Shown in pieces: positions 29,217 to 41,604 of a stretch of DNA of 64,000 nt. Origin of the DNA: Octopus vulgaris. Its lineage: Eukaryota. The position numbers were made by a program, and so were the translations under genes. Position 1 is the first letter of the stretch, and each line of letters opens with the position of its first letter. Below the pieces are notes generated by a model, which saw only the letters and a program-made list of their open reading frames with translations, made no database searches and was not told the origin of the DNA. The DNA is taken from the NCBI GenBank assembly GCA_951406725.2, contig OX597823.1, forward strand, positions 11,966,001 to 12,030,000, given 5' to 3'.

Positions 29217-30677
29217 GTGCATGGCATAAAAGATTGTACAGCAGCTGACCTGGCTTCATCAAACCCAAGCCCCCAGGTGGGACTACCCACTATATACCAG
29301 ACCACTACCACAGCAAACAGACCCAGGATGGACACCACCGGCAACAACGTACACCTCACCTCGATGCTCCTACTGAACATCAGAGGACTGCAAACACTCA
29401 GTAACAGGACAAAAATCCCGTTCCTGAGAGATTTTGTTGCATGCAATCAAGCCTTATGCATAGCACTAACGGAAACGCACCTGAAACCGGATATAGCAGA
29501 TGCGGAGTTACACATACCACAGTATGCTGTACTACGGACCGACAGGAAAGAAAGGAGTCATGGAGGTGTTGCTATGTACATCCGTGAGGACCTCACACCC
29601 CAGGTCCTCTTGTCATACTCAAACTCGGTGTGTGACACACTAATTGTACATATTAGGCAACTTGATGTAGTTGTGTGTGCTACATACCGCCCTCCAGATG
29701 CCCCAAGCCATGTGGGCAAGTTTGAAGACTGCCTTATAAAAATAGAAGAAGTTCTAACCACATTAGAACAACACATAATTGTACTTCTTATGGGAGACTT
29801 CAATCTGCCAAATGTCAGATGGCCTGAGGGCCTTTCTCTCCCAGGAATGACAAGATGTGAACGAGGACAGGCGAGGTCCCTCCTGAACCTCATCAACACC
29901 CTGTACATGGAGCAGGTAATATTCCAACCAACCAGGGCAGGTAACACACTGGATCTCTGCTTCACAAATGACATGGATCTCATCCATAATGTGAAAGTGA
30001 CACCGACACTACTCCCGGATCACAACATGATAGAGCTGACCATGTACGGGCCAAAAGAGAGCACGGACATGCAGCCTACAAGAAACCCCCAGAATCTTTC
30101 CAGCTTGAACTACCATAAGGCAAACTGGAAACAAATTGAGAAAGAGATCCTCAAACAAAACTGGCCTAAATGTCTCTCCTCGCCAGACATCGACGTGAAA
30201 CTTCAACAATTCATGTCTGTAATGCAAGCCATATGCTACAAATATGTCCCAGAGAGAAAGGCCACTGTACACAAGAACAAAATCCCCAGAGAGAGGAAAA
30301 TTCTAATGAGACGGCGTACAAAATTTTTAACTCGCCTAAACAAACAGATTGAAAGCAGTGAAAAGTCCCGCCTAAAAATAAAACTGTTGGAAATCGAAAA
30401 ATGTCTGAAACTCTCCCATGAAAAGGAAAGAGCAGACAAAGAAGCCTGGGCTATAGACAACATAAAATCTAACCCCAGAGCTTTCTACAGGTATGCCAAA
30501 GAAACAGCTACGGTGCACTGTAGAATAGGGCCACTCCTCGAAAAGGATGGCACACTTACAGGAAAACCAATGAGGGTAAGTGAAATACTGAATGAGCAAT
30601 TCAAGAGTGTTTTCACTCCACCCTTGGGCATCTCCAAATCACCAATCCAACTGACTTTTTTACCACTGCAGATATAA
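29217..30677 (+). CDS. LINE ORF2 N-terminal part: APE-type endonuclease and linker (frameshifted near 30627)
   Basis: Motifs LLNIRGL, LTETHL, HGGVAMYI, TYRPP, MGDFN, PTRAGNTLDL, PDH. Confidence 0.9.
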   Translation: MHGIKDCTAADLASSNPSPQVGLPTIYQTTTTANRPRMDTTGNNVHLTSMLLLNIRGLQTLSNRTKIPFLRDFVACNQALCIALTETHLKPDIADAELHIPQYAVLRTDRKERSHGGVAMYIREDLTPQVLLSYSNSVCDTLIVHIRQLDVVVCATYRPPDAPSHVGKFEDCLIKIEEVLTTLEQHIIVLLMGDFNLPNVRWPEGLSLPGMTRCERGQARSLLNLINTLYMEQVIFQPTRAGNTLDLCFTNDMDLIHNVKVTPTLLPDHNMIELTMYGPKESTDMQPTRNPQNLSSLNYHKANWKQIEKEILKQNWPKCLSSPDIDVKLQQFMSVMQAICYKYVPERKATVHKNKIPRERKILMRRRTKFLTRLNKQIESSEKSRLKIKLLEIEKCLKLSHEKERADKEAWAIDNIKSNPRAFYRYAKETATVHCRIGPLLEKDGTLTGKPMRVSEILNEQFKSVFTPPLGISKSPIQLTFLPLQI

Positions 30678-32314
30678 AATCAGAGGCGGCGACGATAGAT
30701 TACATCGATATAAAGGAAGACGATGTAATCAAAGCTATAGATGAAATGAAAACAGACTCAGCTACTGGCCCCGATGGATTCCCGGCAATCCTCCTAAAAG
30801 CATGTAAGAGAGTCCTAGCAAGACCACTGCAGTTCCTCTTTCAGAGCTTCCTTGCAGCTGGCAAACTTCCAAGAAAACTGAAGGAAGGTACAATATGTCC
30901 CATTCATAAAGGAGGTAGCAGAGCGGAAGCCAAGAACTATAGACCTATCTCTCTGACCTCACACATCAGCAAGGTCATGGAACGAATAGTCAGAAGGAAG
31001 CTGATCACCTTCCTTGAAGAAAATGACTTGCTGCCCGACACCCAACATGGTTTCCGACCAGGGAGAAGCTGTTTAACTCAGTTCCTACAACACTATGACT
31101 GGGTGCTGAAACGGCTGCTCAACCACTCAAATGTGGAAGTGATATATCTCGACTTTGCAAAGGCCTTTGATAAGGTCGATCATGGAATGATATGTCACAA
31201 ACTGCGTGATCTCAACATAGTTGGAAAACTGGGAGAATGGCTTCATGACTTTCTGAAAGATAGAAGTCAGGTGGTAGGGGCCACTTCCATTAACACGCAA
31301 ATAGTGAGCGGTGTTCCGCAGGGCACTGTTCTGGGACCACTACTGTTCATAATGGCCCTCTCAGACATGCCCTCAGCCACGCAGAGAGCCACGATCACAA
31401 GTTATGCAGATGATACAAAAGTTTCACAGGCAATACAGAACCCTGAGGACACTAAACACCTGCAATGTGAGCTAGACAAAATATACAAGTGGGCCGAAAA
31501 GAATAGCATGCAGTTCAATGTTGAAAAGTTTCAAGCTCTATACTATCAGCATGCAAAACTAAATGCAATACCCAATGAATACACTGGACCCGGAGGAATA
31601 GCAATCCCAGAGGCACAATCAGTGCGTGACCTAGGTATTTACATGAGTGATGACGCGACCTTTCGTGTACATGTTGCTAAATTGGCAATGAAATGTAGAC
31701 GACTGGCCGGATGGATCCTCAGAACCTTTAGAACAAGAGAAAAAGAAACCATGATGGTCCTCTGGAGGACACTTGTCCTAAGCCACTTTGACTACTGCTC
31801 TCAGTTATGGTCACCATCCAGTGTCAAGTTGATCACAGAGCTCGAGGCGATCCAACGTAGCTACACGAAGAAGATAGCCTCTATGCAGAATGTAAGCTAC
31901 TGGGAAAGACTCAGGAAATTAAAATTATATTCCCTGGAGCGTAGGCGGGAAAGATATGCCATAATATACATATGGAAGATCCTGGAGGGAAGTGTCCTGA
32001 ACTTTGGCATCGAGAGTTACGCAAATGCCAGAACTGGGCGCCACTGCGTGGTGCCTAGGACTCCAAACTTGCCATCAAGATGTAGGACAAGATTCTGTGA
32101 TAGCCTGGGCTTCCGAGGCCCACAGCTCTTCAATATCCTCCCGAAGAACCTGAGAGACCTGCATGGGGTGGATACAGATGTCTTTAAAATGAAGCTGGAT
32201 CTCTTCCTGTCAGGTGTCCCAGATGAACCAACTTCACGGCAGGAGGTGCAGATGAGGGCAGCTGCATCGAACTCTCTCATGCACCAAATAGCAGCTGCTA
32301 GAAAGCCTTCATGA
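30629..32314 (+). CDS. LINE ORF2 C-terminal part: reverse transcriptase (frame open from about 30629; first ATG at 30746)
   Basis: Motifs GPDG, NYRPISLTS, QHGFR, YLDFAKAFDKVDH, SGVPQGTVLGPLLF, YADD, RDLGI, LERRR; typical of the CR1/L2 group rather than RTE. Confidence 0.93.
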   Translation, partial: HLQITNPTDFFTTADIKSEAATIDYIDIKEDDVIKAIDEMKTDSATGPDGFPAILLKACKRVLARPLQFLFQSFLAAGKLPRKLKEGTICPIHKGGSRAEAKNYRPISLTSHISKVMERIVRRKLITFLEENDLLPDTQHGFRPGRSCLTQFLQHYDWVLKRLLNHSNVEVIYLDFAKAFDKVDHGMICHKLRDLNIVGKLGEWLHDFLKDRSQVVGATSINTQIVSGVPQGTVLGPLLFIMALSDMPSATQRATITSYADDTKVSQAIQNPEDTKHLQCELDKIYKWAEKNSMQFNVEKFQALYYQHAKLNAIPNEYTGPGGIAIPEAQSVRDLGIYMSDDATFRVHVAKLAMKCRRLAGWILRTFRTREKETMMVLWRTLVLSHFDYCSQLWSPSSVKLITELEAIQRSYTKKIASMQNVSYWERLRKLKLYSLERRRERYAIIYIWKILEGSVLNFGIESYANARTGRHCVVPRTPNLPSRCRTRFCDSLGFRGPQLFNILPKNLRDLHGVDTDVFKMKLDLFLSGVPDEPTSRQEVQMRAAASNSLMHQIAAARKPS

Positions 32315-32777
32315 AGTGAAACCAAGTAGCAACACCAAATGGCGGTGCCCCAGCATGGCCACAGCTCATAAGCTGAAACTGGAAAAATCAAAATCAAATC
32401 AATCAAAAATATATATATATGTGTGTGTGTGTGTGTATGTGTATGTGTGTGTGTAATTAAGAGAAATAACCTCTGTTAAGTAATTCAATAGTGAAAGACA
32501 TTATCCACAACATATAGAAAAAATTTAAATATACTATGATAAATATTATTTTAAAAAATCACTAAATTATATATTGTGAAATTTGATTTAGAATTGCTAA
32601 ATTGAATTTTTCTCTGTATGTTTGGAATTATATTTCCTACTATTATTATTAATAATAATATTACTATATATATATATATATATATATATATGTAGGTCCC
32701 GGGTTGATTCGGGGTTAACCACAGTAAGTAAGGTACTCAATACATAGCAGAGTAAAATTAATTTATTATATAGAAGG

Positions 32778-32828
32778 AGCTTCTACAGGACTAGTACTGT
32801 TTCATTCAAGAGAAATCTTCAGGAAGCT
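32778..32828 (-). ncRNA. Type I hammerhead ribozyme candidate (Penelope-like pLTR remnant)
   Basis: AGCUUC-CUGAAGA-uuucucuugaau-GAAACAG-uacuaguc-CUGUA-GAAGCU: 6-bp stem I, 4-bp stem III, GUA site. Confidence 0.7.
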
Positions 32829-32890
32829 TCCTGAGCTTCCTGAAGATTTCTCTTGAATGAAACAGTACATAGCTCCTTCTATAATAAATA

Positions 32891-32932
<42 letters not shown>

Positions 32933-33295
32933 ACATACATATATATATATATACACATACATATGTATATATATACACATACATATATATATATATACAC
33001 ATACATATATATATATATACACATACATATATATACATATATATATATACACACATATATATATACACATACATATATATATACACACATATATATATAT
33101 ATATACACATACATATATATACACATACATATATATATATATATACACATACATATATATATATATATATATACACATACATATATATATATATACACAT
33201 ACATATATATATATATATACATACATACATATATATATATATACACATACAATATATATATATATATACACATACATATATATATATATATACAC

Positions 33296-33327
<32 letters not shown>

Positions 33328-33332
<5 letters not shown>

Positions 33333-33490
33333 TACGAAAAAAACAAAAGACGAAGACAGGTGGTGTACAAAAGAAACAGATGTATTAGTATAACGCTCAG
33401 GAATAGATAAAGTCTTTTACGTTTCGAGCCTACGCTCTTCTCCAGAAAGGGACACAGAGAAAAAATGTGAGTAGTGGCTAACAACTCCTA
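33328..33490 (-). mobile_element. Family P2 copy
   Basis: Matches 17808-18000; motif at 33414-33449 (CUGGAGA core). Confidence 0.6.
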
Positions 33491-34005
33491 AGTCGAGTAG
33501 GTCATAGTGTACTAAATAAGGATTTTAAAAAAATTTCACGGGTGGTAATAGGTTAGACATGACCGGTGTCAATAAAAAAAAAGCAACTTTGAAAATAAAG
33601 AAACTACATCTATTTGCAGTGAATGCATAAATGTAATTCACGGATTCTTCTATGAAGTCATAAAGGGGACACTGATGATTTTGGACTTTGCTTGGGATTG
33701 GACAAATGTATTTGTTGATAGCTGGAAATAATTGTTTTATTGTTCTGTTTCTTAAACTTAAATTGTTTCGATGCATTATGAGAAATTTTACGCCATGTAG
33801 ATCGATCTAGGCAAAACTTTTTCCCAAGATGTCAAATTAAGCTGCAGACATTTCAGAGATTGCTTCAAAGGCAAACACTGAACCCCCACACACACACACA
33901 CACACGAATGTATGTACATAGACACACATACATATCTCCTCATCTACAATTTCAATTTTCTGTTGCGCATTCCATCTACTTTCATTCATCACTTACTATC
34001 CTGGC

Positions 34006-34036
<31 letters not shown>

Positions 34037-34088
34037 TCAGCGAACCAGCCATATATGACTAAAAACAAAAAAAGCAAAAGTTAATTAT

Positions 34089-35046
34089 AGGCGCAGGAGT
34101 GGCTGTGTGGTAAGTAGCTTGCTTATGAACTACATGGTTCCGGGTTCAGTCCCACTGCGTGGCATCTTGGGCAAATGTCTTCTACTATAGCCTTGGGCCG
34201 ACCAAAGCCTTGTGAGTGGATTTGGTAGACGGAAACTGAAAGAAGCCTGTCGTACGTATGTATATATATATAACGGGAAGCTTTATGAAAATAAACAAAA
34301 GACGAAGGCAGGTGGAAAACAAACGAACAATTGTATTAGTATGGCGCTCAGGAAATATAAATAAAACAAGTCTTTAACGTTTCGAGCCTACGCTCTTCAA
34401 CAGAAAGATACACAGAGAGAGAAAAACACAGAAAGAAGGAGAGAAAAAAATGCGTGCAGTAGCTAACGAATCAACATGGCGATCTGATTTCGGCCAGAGG
34501 TCAAAGATCAAACATGAGACGCGAGAGCGAAATAAGGGGAGATAATAGGGTTGATAAAAGGGTTGAGGGACCAGCTAAAAGTGCGTGGGAGGGGTCTGGA
34601 TGTGTGTATGTATAGGGTTGGTGTATGTATTAGTATGTATAAGGGTGTGTGTGTGTGTGTGTGTGTGTATGAGAGAGTATTAGTGCGTAAGATTGGTCTG
34701 GACGTGCGTATGTATGGGGTTGGTGTATGTATTAGTATGTATTAGTACGTATTGGTATGTATAGGTGTGTGTGTGTGTGTGTGAGAGAGTATAAGTGCGT
34801 AGTGTGTGTATGTGTGTGTGTTTGTGTGTCTGTGTTTGTCCCCCTAGCATTGCTTGACAACCGATGCTGGTGTGTTTACGTCCCCGTCACTTAGCGGTTC
34901 GGCAAACAGAGACCGATAGAATAAGTACTGGGCTTACAAAAAAGAATAAGTCCCGGGGGTCGATTTGCTCGACTAAAAGGCGGTGCTCCAGCATGGCCGC
35001 AGTCAAATGACTGAAACAAGTAAAAGTAAATGTAAAAGTAAAGTAT
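34089..35046 (+). mobile_element. SINE-A split by a P2 insertion
   Basis: 5' half 34089-34255, 3' half about 34810-35046. Confidence 0.85.
34272..34800 (-). mobile_element. Longer family P2 copy nested in the internal microsatellite of a SINE
   Basis: Motif at 34372-34407 (CUGUUGA core); splits the SINE-A copy at 34089-35046. Confidence 0.6.
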
Positions 35047-35256
35047 AAACGAAAATTAACAGTTTATTTCAAATTCTCTGGGACAGCATCGTTCACTGTC
35101 CTCTTTTTTCAAGACTGCAGGAAAATCATTGAAAGGAGATTTGACTGACATTTCTAGCAGGTCAAGTGACTGTGGAACCTCTGTCTTTGGCACTAGTAAT
35201 ATGTTGTTATATGTTATATGTAGTAATATGTATGGATGTTAAAATTGTTTACACGT

Positions 35257-35536
35257 ATTCTTTACTCTTTTTACTGGTTTCGGTCATTTGACTGCGGCCA
35301 TGCTGGAGCACCGCCTTTAGTCGAGCAAATCGACCCCCCAGGACTTATTCTTTGTAAGCCTAGTACTTATTCTATCGGTCTCTTTTTTTTTGCTGAACCG
35401 CTAAGTTACGGGGACGTAAACACACCAGCATCGGTTGTCAAGCGACGTTGGGGGAGGGGGCGACAAATACAGACACACAAACACACACACACACACACAT
35501 ATATACACACACACATATATACACACACACACACAC

Positions 35537-35583
<47 letters not shown>

Positions 35584-35740
35584 ACCCGTTTCTTTCAGTT
35601 TCCGTCTACCAAATCCACTCACAGGTCTTTGGTCAGCCCGAGGCTATAGTAGAAGACACTTGCCCAAGGTGCCACGTAGTGGGACTGAACTCGGAACCCT
35701 GTGGTTGATAAGCAAGCTACTTACCACATAGCCACTCACG
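35257..35740 (-). mobile_element. SINE-A containing a poly-C tract of about 45 nt
   Basis: Reverse complement of consensus. Confidence 0.85.
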
Positions 35741-36164
35741 TTTTCAAATTTTCACCAGATTATTAAAAAAAAATGTAGTTTTTATACAGCTTTGCAAGCT
35801 GATGACGAAAATCGCTTTAATTTTTTTGTAAAAATTAATAATAAAGAAATTAAAAGCCTTCAACATTGTATAGCCGACCAAAAGCAGCCATTGTTGATAT
35901 GATCGTCCATTTTGATCTACATTGCCACATACAAAACCTATACATGGTTTCTCGACCTGCTAGAAATAGCAACCTAATCTTTTTTAAACCACACCATAGC
36001 ATCTCCCTTCTCTCCAAAAGGCCCGAATGTTTTATACTTGTTGAGTGTTAGTAAAAAACATTTAAAGTTAATCTTGCCGGGGTTAATCTTTTTTCGAACT
36101 CGTGATGCTCGAAAGACCTACTGGGTCCTACTGATCAATATTAAATGTTATTTTCAATTTTTTA

Positions 36165-36694
36165 AAAATCTTTCATCTGTTACTTGTTTCAGTCATTTGA
36201 CTGCGGCCATGCTGGGGTACGGTCTTAAAGGGTTTATTTTTAATCAAACAAATTGACCCAAGGACTCTTGTTTTTTTTAAAGCCTGGTACTTATTCTATC
36301 GGTCACTTTTGCTGAACCGCTAAGTTACAGGGACGTACGCACACCAAAACCGGTTTTCAAGCGGTGGTGGGAAACAAACACAGAAGATATATGCATAGAT
36401 ATATACATTACACATAGGGCGGCGAGCTGGCAGAAACGTTAGCACGCCGGGCGAAATGCGTAGCCGTATTTCGTCTACCGTTACGTTCTGAGTTCTAATT
36501 CCGCCGAGGTCGACTTTGCCTTTCATCCTTTCGGGGTCGATAAATTATGTACCAGTTACGCACTGGGGTCGACTTAATCCGTTTGTCTGCCCTTGTTTGT
36601 CCCCTCTGTGTTTGACCCCTTGTGGGTAGTAAAAAAAAAATATATATACATTACACACTCGCACACACACGCACACGCAGGTACACACACACAG

Positions 36695-36726
<32 letters not shown>

Positions 36727-36886
36727 GATGGGCTTATTTCAGTTTCCGTCTACCAAATCCACTCGCAAGGTTTTGGTCGTCCCGAAGCTATAGATGACAC
36801 TTGCCTAAGGTGCCACACAGTGGGACTGACCCCGGAATCATATGATTAGTGAGTAAGCTACTTACCTCACAGACACGCCTGCACCT
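36165..36886 (-). mobile_element. SINE-A split by a SINE-B insertion
   Basis: 3' half 36165-36385, 5' half 36725-36886. Confidence 0.8.
36417..36640 (+). mobile_element. SINE-B nested in SINE-A
   Basis: Near-identical to 1466-1696. Confidence 0.82.
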
Positions 36887-36960
36887 TATGATAAAATTGT
36901 GAACAAAATAAATTTAATTAACTGTAATCCTAATGAAAGATTTAGATTTCTATTGAAATA

Positions 36961-37597
36961 TTAGGTTATCCGGAAAGTACGTGCCGATTTATAGTAAGTT
37001 ACTTTTCGACTCGTTTTAGAACATGGTTGAATCCACAAAATAGAATTTGACTACACCTCCATTTAGAGCACAGTTTAAGCTATTTTTTCGTGGAAGAAAG
37101 TTTATGTTCCTATAACCTGTGTTAATTCTGTAACCCTTTAAAATGGAAGATAAGAAAGTTCATTTTCGGCACTTGATACTTTAGGAACCAGACAAAAATT
37201 GTTGCAGTTCGGCAGTAATGTGTTACCCAACCCTCCATATTCACCAGATATTGCTCCTTCGGATTTCCACTTATTCAGGTCTCTGCAGAATAGTCTTAAT
37301 GGTAAAAATTTCAATTTCTTGGATGACGTAAAAAGATACCTTGATGAAATCTTTGCCATGAGACCATCTCAATTCTGGGAAGAGGGTATTATCAAGTTAA
37401 AGGAAAGATGGATACGCATTGTGCAACAAAATGGTTCATATTTGGTTGATTAAAAATGTAATGGCAAATATTTATTGACAAAAGGTCAATAAATACTTGC
37501 CGTTACATTTTTAATGAACCATATATGAACCATTTTGTTGCACAATGCGTATCCATCTTTCTTTTAAAAATCGGCACAAACTTTCCGGACAACCCAA
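36961..37597 (+). mobile_element. Internally deleted mariner (Tc1/mariner) transposon
   Basis: About 30-bp TIRs ttaggttatccggaaagtacgtgccgattt / aaatcggcacaaactttccggacaacccaa, TA on both flanks. Confidence 0.9.
37143..37453 (+). pseudogene. Mariner transposase remnant (N-terminus joined to C-terminal catalytic end)
   Basis: MEDKKVHFRHLIL* followed closely by RQKLLQFGSNVLPNPPYSPDIAPSDFHLFRSLQN...KLKERW (YSPDLAP motif). Confidence 0.88.
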
Positions 37598-39389
37598 TAG
37601 ATATAATTATAAGCAAAGTAGATTGTCAGAACTGAAGAAACGCCGGAGAAAAATATTTTGCGATATTTAAACCCTTACGGTCTGACTTCAAATCTCGTTG
37701 AAGCTAACTTTACTCTCATCCTTTTGGATAAAGTATCTGTAATGGAATCGATGTCTATGTTAGAAATAACTATTATAAGCATAATGGATTTGTAGATTCG
37801 TTAAAGCGACGGACAAAATGTCTCGCACTGTTTCCCTCCAATCTCTATATTCTGAATTCAAATTTTACCGGGTTTTATCTTTGTCTTTCATCTTCCCTGG
37901 GTCGATAAAACATATCACAGTCATTCATTCTCCGCCTAAATTCCTGGTATTGTGTCTCTGTTGGAAACAATTTTTTATAAGCACAGTGGCTTGAACACCG
38001 CCAAAACAAAGCTCTCAGACGACAAAGCCAGCCACTCCCTTTTGATTTCTTTTGTAATTGTCTTCATTTAATTATTTTAAATACTAATGAACGAATCATA
38101 ACATTTTATTTTTCTCTGCTTCAGTTCTAAGGTTACGTTGACCTCTCAACAAGTCCTGCTGGTCACCATAGGCGAGTAAAAGCGTCTTTTATAATTTTCT
38201 ATCTTTAGTTACGTGGAAGCTCTCGATATTCAGATTACAGAATATCGGATGTGATTGCATCGCAACTAGAGACTTAAATACGTAAACAAACAATGCAATT
38301 ACGATAGATGATTAGCAGCATGCTAATTAGTTAGCGCTAATTAGCTAATGTTAATGAGCTACTGCAGCGAAGCTTAGCTCCATTGTGTTCAATATGGTAT
38401 AGATACACGCAAAGAAAGAAAAAACAGATGAGTAAAAGACTGAATCTGATTAAAATTTAAAGTCTTCAATTCTCGATATATAACTAGAATAAAGATTAAA
38501 TGTTGACAAGAGACTGATGTATGTGAAGCTGTCATGTTTAGTTTGTATATAGCCCTAGGCCAACTACGACCGATCTTATCCTTCTAGCGAACATATATAT
38601 CTAGTTCCACATAATCCAATGCCGTCCCATGTTTTCAAGAAAATATGTCTAATTTGAGTGAAATTTTGCTGCTATTTCTTTTAACAGGCTGAGTGACTAA
38701 AAATATTTGTCAATAACAATATGATGACGATGTTTGATTATGAGAAGTAGGAATAATGGGAAGCGTAAGAGTGGAAGGATTATGGTAGCCATATTGTTTA
38801 CGAAAACCATATTATTTCTTTTATTCTTTTATTGTGTTAATCATTTCTTAGTTTCAGTCGTTTGGTGTGTGTGGTGATGTGAGGCTTACTTTGACATCTG
38901 CAGACTGAATCACCCCCACCCCGTCATCCCCATATAACTACCATTTCTTCCTCTCTTTCCATCACTTCCCCTCCTTCCCACGAGATATATACAGAAATAC
39001 CCACATAACTCAGTCAACCTTCTTACTGGTCAAAAGCGATAACCGACCCTCTGTTAATGATCCATTAATGTTATATCGCCTGAAGAAATGAATCCATGAA
39101 GATGATCTTACCCGATGCCCACGGATACTACGAACTTCACTGAAATTATCCCAGGAATATGGTCTGTGATCTTAAGAGACATGTGATTTGTGGAAACGCG
39201 TGTAGCGATGCATTAAATGTTTATAAATTCCATCCAAGGATTCTTGCTATTATTATTATCATATTTAATCTACATTATATCGGTACAGCTCGATGCAACC
39301 CCAAGAAACATCATTACAGGTATAATGGAATAGGAGCTTTATTTGCATATTCAAAACGTTTCCCGTAAACAACTTTAATATATATATAT

Positions 39390-39941
<552 letters not shown>

Positions 39942-40218
39942 AAACCTCTACACAGTTTCTGTCTATCAGATCCATTCACAAGGCAAATGCCCGTCTCGGG
40001 GCTACAGGAGAAGATACCGAAGGTGCTGTGCAATGACACTAACCTCAAAGTTATGTGGTTGCGTAGCGAACTTCTTAATAACACAGCAATGAGACCGAAA
40101 TATAAAAAAAAATAATATATATAAAAAAAAACCTAACACATTTATTTTAAAATACAATTGGTGAATAATATCACATGTTGGTGTTTCTGTTCATTTTGTT
40201 TTCTAATTTATATAAAAA

Positions 40219-40545
40219 GGAGCACTCCGTCGCTTACGACGACGAGGGTCCCAGCTGATACGATCAACAGAACAGCCTGCTCATGCAATTAACTTGCAAA
40301 TGACTGAGCAATCCACAGACTCGTGTACCCCTAACGTAGTTCTCAGGGTAGATTCAGCGTGACACAAAGTGTGACAAGGTCGGCCCTTTGAAATACAGGT
40401 ACAACTCATTTTTGCCAGCTGAGTGGACTGGAGCAACGTGAAATAAAGTGTCTTGCTCAACGACACAACGCGTCGCCGGGAATCGAACTCACGACATTAC
40501 AGTCGTAAGCCGAATGTCCTAACCACCAAGCCACGCGCCTTCACA
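40219..40545 (-). mobile_element. tRNA-Arg-like SINE with CORE-like middle and SINE-C 3' end
   Basis: ttgagcaagacactttatttcacgttgctccagtccactcagctggcaaaaatgag, followed by the SINE-C 3' module. Confidence 0.75.
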
Positions 40546-40902
40546 TACATACACACATTTGAAACCTTCCGCTACTATAACTAGATTATAAATTTATATT
40601 TATACTCATAATAATTGGTACACTTGGTTTTTTTCGAGTAAATACTTAAGTGACAATCTGGATAAGCTAGGGTTTACAGAAAAAACAACAACAACAAAAA
40701 AAAAACCTTTAAGTGGAACGATAAAAATATGCAAGACCGTTCTCAAGCCTAAAATTATGGCAGTATTTTTGTATTCTACATTCCAGAAACGGAGCTTCGT
40801 ATCTTTATTAGAAAGCAGCTTTTTCCTCAGAGGAAGAATAAATTAAATAATAAATTACAAAAGAGAACATACATACATATGTATGTGTGGGTGAGAGAGA
40901 TG

Positions 40903-40936
<34 letters not shown>

Positions 40937-41604
40937 GGGTGTATGTGTGGCTGAGATAATGAGAGTAAGGAAATGAGAGCATAGGAGTAAGGAAGCCAAA
41001 TGTAAAACTTTTCGACTACACATATTATCTGAAGTCGAATTGCAGAGAAGGTGTACATTATCACAAGAAGCAATCAATGTTCCTTGTGAAATGGAGAAAA
41101 GAGCTTCTGAAAAGTGACAAGAAATACAAGAAGAAACAGAAGCAAGGTTTGAGATAAATAGATAAGAATATCAGAAAAACACACACAAACAAATGTAAGA
41201 AAATGTAGCAAACTTTGAAGTAGAAAGATTACGATTTATTGAAAGGAGACTGGAATAAACCCTGCCAATTTTCATTGATACTACGGTTGCATTCCGCTAA
41301 AGAGTCTTAGTTAAAGATAGCAAGAGAAGTAAAATCGTATCAATTCCGCACGTTACCTGTCTCTTTTATATAACTATTCGCCGTCGGTTTACGCACGACA
41401 TGCCGCTGTGTCTTAACTAGATATAGGTAAAGTAACACAAGGCATGACGTCGTAGTCAAGAACTTCGCATCCCAGGTGCGCGGTTTCTGGTTCAGATGTG
41501 TTGAACACACAGTCAGGTCTACCCAAGCCTCGTAAGTAGAAATGGGATTCTATGAAGAAATCCGTCAAAAAGATTGTTTCTTGTCGTATGTGGTAGATGT
41601 ACGT

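Larger units (their letters stand above)
29217..32410 (+). mobile_element. CR1-group non-LTR retrotransposon (LINE), ORF2 plus 3' UTR; 5' boundary uncertain
   Basis: APE endonuclease ORF followed by RT ORF, short 3' UTR ending in AATC-type repeats at about 32385-32410, then a TA/TG microsatellite. Confidence 0.92.

Noticed and set aside
29558-29983. Antisense ORFs over the LINE (also 30009-30599, 32017-32406)
   Set aside because: Shadow ORFs of ORF2.
35538-35582. Poly-C tract of about 45 nt / poly-Pro ORF
   Set aside because: Homopolymer expansion inside a SINE; its length is unreliable and there is no sign of function.
35795-35820. CTGATGAcGAAA motif
   Set aside because: No stem II, stem III or closing stem I; chance match to the hammerhead core.
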